This document shows, piece by piece, positions 1 through 4,846 of a stretch of DNA of 4,846 bases. The DNA is taken from IMG/VR virus record IMGVR_UViG_2713896779_000029; one strand, written 5' to 3'. The first letter of the stretch is position 1, and each line of letters opens with the position of its first letter. A model generated the notes under the pieces. It was not told where the DNA came from. It ran no database searches and saw nothing but the letters and a program-made list of their open reading frames with translations. A program made the position numbers and the translations under genes. The DNA is from a virus (lineage: Duplodnaviria > Heunggongvirae > Uroviricota > Caudoviricetes).

Positions 1-1
1 G

Positions 2-82
2 AGGAAAGACCTCTGCGAGGTACGAATCCGAACCGGCCAGACGGAGGTCGCTGTCTTCGTAGACTACGAATCTGAGAAGTAA
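2..82 (+). CDS. Possible 3' end of an upstream CDS (5' truncated by window edge), product unknown
   Basis: Frame 2 is open from the window edge to TAA at 80-82 and translates to a protein-like tail (...TGQTEVAVFVDYESEK). The other two + frames are Arg-rich or stop earlier. A stable stem-loop follows 8 nt downstream. No family recognised. Confidence 0.25.
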   Translation, partial: RKDLCEVRIRTGQTEVAVFVDYESEK

Positions 83-89
83 GAGACCA

Positions 90-111
90 GGCGAGGGAGA
101 AATCCCTCGCC
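90..111 (+). other. Perfect 9-bp inverted repeat with GAAA loop (RNA stem-loop or palindromic protein-binding site)
   Basis: ggcgaggga (90-98), gaaa (99-102), tccctcgcc (103-111); the arms are exact reverse complements. No U-tract follows, so it is not a canonical intrinsic terminator. Confidence 0.4.
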
Positions 112-199
112 ACCTCTGATGTGTCAGGCATCCTCAACGCACCCGCATTTTATATGCTGCAATGCAAGTGTTCATGTTAATTTCTTGAAGAGGACGATA

Positions 200-547
200 A
201 TGAAAAAAGTATTAATCGCAGCCCTTTTTTCCTGCGTGTCTTTTGGCGTTTTTGCACAACAGGGAGGTTTTCTGGGGTCTGAAGCAGAGCGTTCAACAAC
301 AGTAGTGCAGGCAAAAGAACAGAAGGACGAGGCATGGGTTATCCTTGAAGGGCACATCGTTAAAAAATTGGGTGATGATCGTTATGAGTTTCGCGACAGT
401 AGCGGAACCATTGTCACGGATATCGATGAAAGTGTATGGGCCGGGCAGAATGTGTCTCCGGAAGATAAGGTAATAATCGAGGGTGAACTTGATAAAGACC
501 TGAACAGTGTTGAACTGGATGTAAAAACGCTGAAATTATTAAAGTAA
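200..547 (+). CDS. YgiW/YdeI-family (BOF, bacterial OB-fold, DUF388-like) secreted protein
   Basis: ATG at 200 preceded by AGGA-containing RBS (gaggacgataATG); stop TAA 545-547. N-terminal signal peptide MKKVLIAALFSCVSFGVFA followed by QQGGF. Conserved family pattern W-V-x-L-x-G-x-I-V, DD-x-Y-x-F-x-D-x-SG-x-I, DID, GE-x-DKD-x-NSVE-x-DV matches my recollection of E. coli YgiW. Confidence 0.9.
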   Translation: MKKVLIAALFSCVSFGVFAQQGGFLGSEAERSTTVVQAKEQKDEAWVILEGHIVKKLGDDRYEFRDSSGTIVTDIDESVWAGQNVSPEDKVIIEGELDKDLNSVELDVKTLKLLK

Positions 548-562
548 CCGGTTCTGGTTATC

Positions 563-589
563 CCCGTCTTACTGACGGGTTTTCTGTTT
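563..589 (+). terminator. Rho-independent terminator downstream of the BOF gene
   Basis: Stem cccgtc (563-568) and gacggg (574-579), loop ttact, followed by T-rich tail ttttctgttt (580-589), 16 nt after the stop codon. Confidence 0.6.
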
Positions 590-667
590 GTACATTCCGG
601 CGTATTGCCTTACAATTCGCGCCGTCAGCCTGAACAACTGGCACCTGCTGCGTCACCGGAGAAGCCG

Positions 668-900
668 ATGGCGCAACATATAAAATCCCACAATTCCGAA
701 GCCGCCCCGACTACTAAGCAGGGGCGGCGTTTCCGTGTGCCTCAGTATGGCTGGTTTCATTATCTGTTCTGTTCGACCGATGAGGCCGATATGCTTCAAC
801 AGGCGTATTGGCGTCGCGGTGTCCGTGTGGAGCGGAGCCTGAACGCTGATCGTCTGACCTGGACCGTTTCTGTATATCTTCCTGTTCGTGCACATCTGCC
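668..900 (+). CDS. Hypothetical phage protein, 3' end lost in the N gap (or N-terminal part of the downstream DUF968-like gene)
   Basis: ATG at 668 with GGAG 6-9 nt upstream; open frame MAQHIKSHNSEAAPTTKQGRRFRVPQYGWFHY... runs into the N run at 901. The same frame continuing after the gap to 1174 is Trp/Cys/Arg-rich and looks like an out-of-frame read of the next gene. No family recognised. Confidence 0.45.
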
Positions 901-950
901 NNNNNNNNNNNNNNNNNNNNNNNNNNNNNNNNNNNNNNNNNNNNNNNNNN
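901..950. other. Assembly gap / masked segment (50 N)
   Basis: Run of exactly 50 N; true length and content unknown. Confidence 1.
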
Positions 951-957
951 AGGTAAT

Positions 958-2007
958 GTGCGGGTATTACTTCGACCTGTTCTGGTTCCGGAACTCGGGC
1001 TGGTGGTCCTTACGCCCGGTCGTGAATCACTGCCGGTTTTTCATTGCGGCAGGGTGCTGGTGGAGCCGGAACCGAAAAACATGCGGGCGCTGCCATCCGG
1101 AGCGGTTCCCACTGTTCGCCAGCCGCTGGTGGAAGACAAATCATTACTGCCATTTTTCAGTGATGAGCGGGTAAACCGTGCTGCGGGTGGCGCTGGTGCA
1201 CTGTCTGACTGGTTATTACGTCACGTGAAATCCTGCCAGTGGCCACACGGTGATTATCATCATAGCGAAACCGTCATTCACCGTTACGGTACCGGCGCGA
1301 TGGTGTTGTGCTGGCACTGCGACAACCAGCTGCGGGAGCAGACATCTGATTCACTGGAGCAACTTGCTCAGCAGAATCTGGCTGCCTGGATGATTGACGT
1401 CATCCGTCATGCAATGAATGGCACGCAGGAGCGGGAACTGTCGCTGGCAGAGTTATGCTGGTGGGCGGTTTGTCATCAGGTGGCTGATGCAATTCCGGAG
1501 TCTGTATTGCGTCGTTCGCTGGGATTACCGGTGGAAAAAATCCGCTCCGTATACAGTGAGAGCGACATCGTACCGGGAGAGCAGACCGCCACCAGCATAC
1601 TGAAGCAGCGGACAAAAAACATAGCGCCACCGCTTCACGCCCACCAGCCACAAACCACGCCACAGGAAAAGACGGTAGTAAGCATCGCCGTTGATCCGGA
1701 GTCCCCGGAATCTTTCATGAAACGGCCTAAACGTCGTCGCTGGGTTAATGAAAAGTACACGCGCTGGGTAAAGACACAGCCGTGCGTGTGTTGTGGTAAA
1801 CCAGCCGACGATCCCCATCACCTGATTGGCCATGGGCAGGGCGGTATGGGGACAAAATCCCACGATATTTTCACACTACCGTTGTGCCGGGAGCACCACA
1901 ACGAACTTCATGCTGACCCGCTGGAGTTTGAGAAAAAGTACGGGTCCCAGGTTGAGTTGATTTTTCATTTTCTTGATCACGCCTTTGCGACTGGCGTGCT
2001 TGGGTAA
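958..2007 (+). CDS. DUF968-like (YdfU-like) prophage protein with C-terminal HNH-like Cys/His motif; putative NinG-position nuclease. 5' boundary uncertain because of the adjacent gap
   Basis: 349-codon open frame starting at GTG 958, open upstream to the gap edge, stop TAA 2005-2007. C-terminal region KRPKRRRW...CVCCGKPADDPHHLIGHGQGG...CREHHNELH resembles the metal-binding HNH-like signature I associate with DUF968 proteins of lambdoid prophages. Sits immediately upstream of rusA and Q, as ydfU does next to the Q-like gene in the Qin prophage. Confidence 0.75.
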   Translation: MRVLLRPVLVPELGLVVLTPGRESLPVFHCGRVLVEPEPKNMRALPSGAVPTVRQPLVEDKSLLPFFSDERVNRAAGGAGALSDWLLRHVKSCQWPHGDYHHSETVIHRYGTGAMVLCWHCDNQLREQTSDSLEQLAQQNLAAWMIDVIRHAMNGTQERELSLAELCWWAVCHQVADAIPESVLRRSLGLPVEKIRSVYSESDIVPGEQTATSILKQRTKNIAPPLHAHQPQTTPQEKTVVSIAVDPESPESFMKRPKRRRWVNEKYTRWVKTQPCVCCGKPADDPHHLIGHGQGGMGTKSHDIFTLPLCREHHNELHADPLEFEKKYGSQVELIFHFLDHAFATGVLG

Positions 2008-2019
2008 AAGAGGTGACTG

Positions 2020-2476
2020 ATGCCTATAGATTTGGTTTTACCTTACCCGCCAACGGTGAACACCTACTGGCGTCGTCGTGGCAGTACATATTTTATCTCG
2101 GAGGAGGGAAAGCGTTATCGCCGGGCAGTGGCGCTTATTGTTCGCCAGCAGCGGCTGAAATTAAGCCTGTCCGGAAGGCTGGCGATAAANNNNNNNNNNN
2201 NNNNNNNNNNNNNNNNNNNNNNNNNNNNNNNNNNNNNNNAAATTAAGCCTGTCCGGAAGGCTGGCGATAAAGGTGATTGCAGAGCCACCGGATAAGCGCC
2301 GTCGCGACCTGGACAATATTCTGAAAGCACCGCTGGATGCGCTGACGCATGCGGGAGTGCTCATTGATGACGAGCAGTTTGATGAAATCAATATTGTACG
2401 TGGTCAGCCAGTATCTGGTGGACGACTGGGTGTGAAGATTTACCAAATAACGCATGAAGGACAGGCCCAAAAATGA
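2020..2476 (+). CDS. rusA: RusA-family Holliday junction resolvase (crossover junction endodeoxyribonuclease), interrupted by an N gap
   Basis: ATG 2020 preceded by aagagg RBS. N-terminal LPYPPTVNTYWRR and C-terminal PDKRRRDLDNILKAPLDALTHAGVLIDDEQ...SGGRLGVKI match RusA hallmarks (LPWPPS, RRRDLDN with catalytic Asp, DALT, DD, GGRL). Removing the N run plus one copy of the flanking 32-bp repeat joins the two halves in frame to give about 124 aa. Confidence 0.85.
2158..2271. repeat. Perfect 32-bp direct repeat (2158-2189 and 2240-2271) flanking a 50-N gap; probable unmerged contig-end overlap
   Basis: aaattaagcctgtccggaaggctggcgataaa occurs identically on both sides of N run 2190-2239. Confidence 0.8.
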
Positions 2477-3294
2477 AACTGGAAGATTTACCGAAGTACT
2501 ATTCACCAAAATCCCCCGGCCTGACAGATGCCTCTGCCTCGACGTCAAAAGATGCGCTGAGTATCACTGATGTGATGGCAGCGCAGGGCATGACACAGAA
2601 TCGGGCTGAGATGGGGTTTTCTGCGTTCCTTGGGAAAATGGGCATTAGTATGAATGACAGAGAGCGGGCAACAGAATTGCTGACAGAATATGCACTCAGT
2701 CGGTGTGATTGCGTGGCGGCGTTAAGAAAACTCCCGGCAGAAATAAAACCGGCAGTGATGCGCATTATGGCTTCGTATGCGTTTGAAGATTATGCCCGTA
2801 GCGCGGCGAGCAAAAAACAGTGCCCCTGCTGTCACGGAAAAAAATTTATTGAAAGCGAGGTTTTTACAAACAAGATCCAGTATCCGGATGGTAAGCCGCC
2901 AGTATGGGCAAAGTGCACAAAAGGCGTGTATCCGTCTTACTGGGAGGAATGGAAAAAAGTCAGGGAGGTGGTAAAAGTTGCCTGTCCGGAGTGTGGCGGA
3001 AAGGGGGAGGTTTCCACAGCCTGTAAAGATTGTCGTGGGCGCGGTGTTGCCATTCATCGTGAAGAGTCGGAAAAACAGGGTGTGCCGGTTTTCAGAAACT
3101 GTCAGCGTTGTGGTGGGCGTGGCTATGAAAGATTACCTTCAACGGAGGCATTTAATGCCATATGTAATGTAACCGATGCCATATCTCTTGATACATGGAA
3201 AAAAACAGTTAAACGTTTTTACGATACGCTGGTGGTGCAGTTTGATATTGAAGAAGCATGGGCAGAACAACAACTGAAAAAGGTGACCAGATAG
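2473..3294 (+). CDS. Q: Late-gene antiterminator Q (lambda Q family) with expanded zinc-binding region
   Basis: ATG 2473 overlaps the rusA stop (ATGA at 2473-2476); stop TAG 3292-3294. Blocks shared with lambda Q as I recall it: SPKSP, TDVMAA-GM, F/YxDYxRSAA, CxDCxGxG, CxRCxGxGYxRxP, and the C-terminal WxxTVKxxYDxLVVQ...VTR. It is 273 aa against 207 aa for lambda Q. Confidence 0.9.
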   Translation: MKLEDLPKYYSPKSPGLTDASASTSKDALSITDVMAAQGMTQNRAEMGFSAFLGKMGISMNDRERATELLTEYALSRCDCVAALRKLPAEIKPAVMRIMASYAFEDYARSAASKKQCPCCHGKKFIESEVFTNKIQYPDGKPPVWAKCTKGVYPSYWEEWKKVREVVKVACPECGGKGEVSTACKDCRGRGVAIHREESEKQGVPVFRNCQRCGGRGYERLPSTEAFNAICNVTDAISLDTWKKTVKRFYDTLVVQFDIEEAWAEQQLKKVTR

Positions 3295-3299
3295 CTTTG

Positions 3300-3342
3300 T
3301 TGATTTTTCCCGAATCTGTGGTAAATTTCCCCTAACGATGGG
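3300..3342 (+). promoter_or_regulatory. pR'-like late promoter with sigma70-dependent pause element (Q-utilisation region)
   Basis: -35 TTGATT (3300-3305), 16-bp spacer with TG at 3319-3320, -10 TAAATT (3322-3327), then 6 nt, then AACGATGGG (3334-3342). Lambda pR', from memory, has TAAATT-N6-AACGATGGG with identical spacing. Located 6 bp after the Q stop codon. Confidence 0.7.
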
Positions 3343-3376
3343 CTTTTTATGCCTGACGTTAGAAGATTTTTTACAC

Positions 3377-3398
3377 CCCGCCGCCAGGCGGGTTTTTT
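3377..3398 (+). terminator. Rho-independent terminator (tR'-like), about 45-65 nt downstream of the pR' start
   Basis: GC stem cccgcc (3377-3382) and ggcggg (3387-3392), loop gcca, followed by TTTTTT (3393-3398). Confidence 0.8.
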
Positions 3399-3503
3399 AT
3401 GACTGAAATCGCGTCAGTACAGTAAACGCGCTGGTGGCGGTGAATACCGGTCTTTCAGCTTGCTGGCTTTTTCGACAAGAGTTATTGGTGTGTCACGTTA
3501 ACC

Positions 3504-3553
3504 NNNNNNNNNNNNNNNNNNNNNNNNNNNNNNNNNNNNNNNNNNNNNNNNNN
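3504..3553. other. Assembly gap / masked segment (50 N)
   Basis: Run of exactly 50 N inside the tR'-to-methyltransferase intergenic region. Confidence 1.
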
Positions 3554-3693
3554 ATTTGTGGTAAATGGGCGGCTGGTGGGTGTTAGGGGCACTCACCAGC
3601 CATCTGCTCATGCGTCTGGATCACAAGCAAACCTCAGGCCCACTGCTTTGCGCAAAAGCAGAATGAGCCTATCAGAGACAGGCTTAATGATCC

Positions 3694-4752
3694 ATGCTTA
3701 ATACTGTAAAAATATCCAGTTATGAGTTAATCAACGCCGACTGCCTGGAATTTATGCGGTCGTTACCCGAAAATTCTGTTGACCTGATAGTCACGGACCC
3801 GCCGTACTTCAAAGTGAAACCCGCGGACTGGGATAACCAGTGGGTGGGTGATGAAGATTACCTGAAGTGGCTGGACCAGTGCCTTGCGCAGTTCTGGCGG
3901 GTGCTGAAACCAGCCGGAAGTCTTTACCTGTTCTGTGGCCATCGCCTGGCATCTGACACCGAAATCATGATGCGTGAGCGGTTTAACGTACTGAACCATA
4001 TCATCTGGGCAAAGCCGTCCGGACGCTGGAACGGGTGTAACAAGGAAAGCCTGCGGGCGTATTTTCCGGCCACAGAGCGCATTCTGTTCGCGGAACATTA
4101 TCAGGGGCCGTATCGCCCGAAAGATGATGGCTGTGAGGCGAAGGGCAGGGCACTGAAACAGCATGTGATGGCCCCGCTGATTGCTTACTTTCGTGATGCG
4201 CGCGCTGCCCTGGGGATAACGGCAAAACAGATTGCAGATGTCACAGGAAAGAAAAACATGGTGTCGCACTGGTTCAGTGCCAGTCAGTGGCAGCTGCCGA
4301 ACGAAAGCGATTATCTGAAATTACAGGCCCTGTTTGCCCGGGTGGCAGAAGAGAAGCATCAGCGCGGTGAACTGGAATGGCCACACCACCAGCTGGTCAG
4401 TACATACAGTGAACTGAGCCGACAATATGTCAGCCTGCAGGAAGAGTATAAAACCCTGCGGCGTTATTTTTCCGTATCGGCTGCGGTTCCTTATACGGAT
4501 GTGTGGACGCACAAACCCGTACAGTACTATCCCGGGAAACATCCGTGCGAAAAACCGGCAGAAATGCTGCGGCAGATAATCAGTGCGAGCAGTCGTCCGG
4601 GTGACCTGATTGCAGATTTTTTCATGGGGTCAGGTTCAACGGTAAAAGCGGCGCTGTCACTGGGACGTCGGGCGATTGGTGTTGAGCTGGAGACCGGACG
4701 TTTTGAGCAGACAGTCAGGGAAGTTCAGGATTTTATCAGTCAGAACGGATGA
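3694..4752 (+). CDS. DNA methyltransferase, N6-adenine/N4-cytosine type, beta class (motif IV before motif I); orphan, no adjacent restriction endonuclease
   Basis: ATG 3694, stop TGA 4750-4752. N-terminal ELINADCLEFMRSLPENSVDLIVTDPPYF carries catalytic motif IV (DPPY). C-terminal HPCEKPAEMLRQII...GDLIADFFMGSGSTVKAALSLGRRAIGVELE carries motif X plus motif I (FxGxGS/T SAM-binding). About 250 aa between them serves as the target-recognition region. Confidence 0.9.
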   Translation: MLNTVKISSYELINADCLEFMRSLPENSVDLIVTDPPYFKVKPADWDNQWVGDEDYLKWLDQCLAQFWRVLKPAGSLYLFCGHRLASDTEIMMRERFNVLNHIIWAKPSGRWNGCNKESLRAYFPATERILFAEHYQGPYRPKDDGCEAKGRALKQHVMAPLIAYFRDARAALGITAKQIADVTGKKNMVSHWFSASQWQLPNESDYLKLQALFARVAEEKHQRGELEWPHHQLVSTYSELSRQYVSLQEEYKTLRRYFSVSAAVPYTDVWTHKPVQYYPGKHPCEKPAEMLRQIISASSRPGDLIADFFMGSGSTVKAALSLGRRAIGVELETGRFEQTVREVQDFISQNG

Positions 4753-4792
4753 TATTGCAGAATCAGTGACGCACCGTTATTATTCTGCGCCC

Positions 4793-4846
4793 GGCCCTTT
4801 AGCTCAGTGGTGAGAGCGAGCGACTCATAATCGCCAGGTCGCTGGT
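4793..4846 (+). tRNA. tRNA with CAU anticodon, most like tRNA-Ile2 (ileX/ileZ type); 3' part truncated by the window edge
   Basis: ggcccttTAGCTCAGTGGTGAGAGCgagcgaCTCATAAtcgccaggtcgctggt: acceptor stem, D-arm (AGCTCAGTGG-GAGAGC) and anticodon loop CTCATAA with CAT at 4826-4828. Near-identical over the available part to my recollection of E. coli ileX. Elongator tRNA-Met cannot be fully excluded without the complete gene. Confidence 0.8.

Noticed and set aside
1-118. Possible tRNA or tmRNA fragment at the window start (contains cgaatccgaacc, reminiscent of a T-loop)
   Set aside because: No cloverleaf can be built: there are no complementary acceptor or T-stem arms around the motif. The region is better explained as a gene 3' end plus a stem-loop.
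113-199. Sigma70 promoter for the BOF gene
   Set aside because: Candidate hexamers (gtgtca, tatatg, gttaat) do not combine with acceptable spacing, so no promoter is called; the gene may be read from upstream.
605-1174. Single 189-aa ORF spanning the first N gap, starting at TTG 605
   Set aside because: The TTG start lacks an RBS, whereas ATG 668 has GGAG upstream. The part after the gap (VMCGYYFDLFWFRNSGWW...) is Trp/Cys/Arg-rich and overlaps the well-supported DUF968-like frame, so only 668-900 is kept.
1418-3172. Alternative-frame + strand ORFs 1418-1603, 2013-2246, 2273-2476 as a separate gene, 2777-2974, 2978-3172
   Set aside because: They are nested in other frames of the DUF968-like, RusA and Q genes. 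2273-2476 is simply the C-terminal half of rusA separated by the gap; the others have no motifs or RBS.
901-3553. Treating the three 50-N runs as biological low-complexity sequence or as evidence of pseudogenes
   Set aside because: Identical length (50) and pure N composition indicate scaffold placeholders, so apparent frame breaks in the flanking genes are not evidence of disruption.
3565-3666. 33-codon ORF (MGGWWVLGALTSHLLMRL...) in the methyltransferase leader
   Set aside because: No Shine-Dalgarno sequence, overlaps two predicted hairpins, and is too short to assess; treated as non-coding leader.
172-4542. All minus-strand ORFs in the track (172-357, 653-895, 1400-1663, 1525-1863, 2115-2330, 2161-2391, 2243-2548, 2499-2765, 2722-3057, 3763-4269, 4001-4225, 4321-4542)
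   Set aside because: Each lies entirely antisense to a + strand gene with clear family motifs. Their translations are Arg/Cys/Ser-rich with no recognisable motifs, and several run through N gaps. They read as shadow ORFs of the coding strand.
1-4846. CRISPR array, insertion sequence or integrase / att site
   Set aside because: No regularly spaced direct repeats, no terminal inverted repeats with a transposase ORF, and no integrase. The only notable direct repeat is the 32-mer flanking a gap, and the tRNA is at the late-region position rather than at a prophage end.

Overview
This window reads as the late-regulatory (nin to Q to pR') segment of a lambdoid prophage from an enterobacterial host, with every credible gene on the + strand. 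In order: a possible 3' end of an upstream gene (2-82); a secreted YgiW/YdeI-family (BOF) OB-fold protein with its own terminator (200-547); a hypothetical protein running into an N gap (668-900); a DUF968-like protein with an HNH-like Cys/His motif (958-2007); a RusA-family Holliday-junction resolvase interrupted by an N gap (2020-2476); a lambda-Q-family antiterminator with an expanded zinc-finger region (2473-3294); a pR'-like late promoter with a lambda-like pause element and a short-range intrinsic terminator (3300-3398); an orphan beta-class DNA methyltransferase (3694-4752); and the 5' part of a tRNA-Ile(CAU)-like gene cut by the window edge (4793-4846). Three runs of exactly 50 N (901-950, 2190-2239, 3504-3553) are assembly placeholders; the second is flanked by a perfect 32-bp direct repeat. 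No CRISPR array, IS element or rRNA is visible. All family assignments come from motifs I recognise in the translations and from recalled reference sequences; no database search was run. The most interesting items are the Q protein carrying four CxxCxGxG-type motifs instead of lambda's two, the methyltransferase placed behind tR' as late cargo, and the BOF moron.
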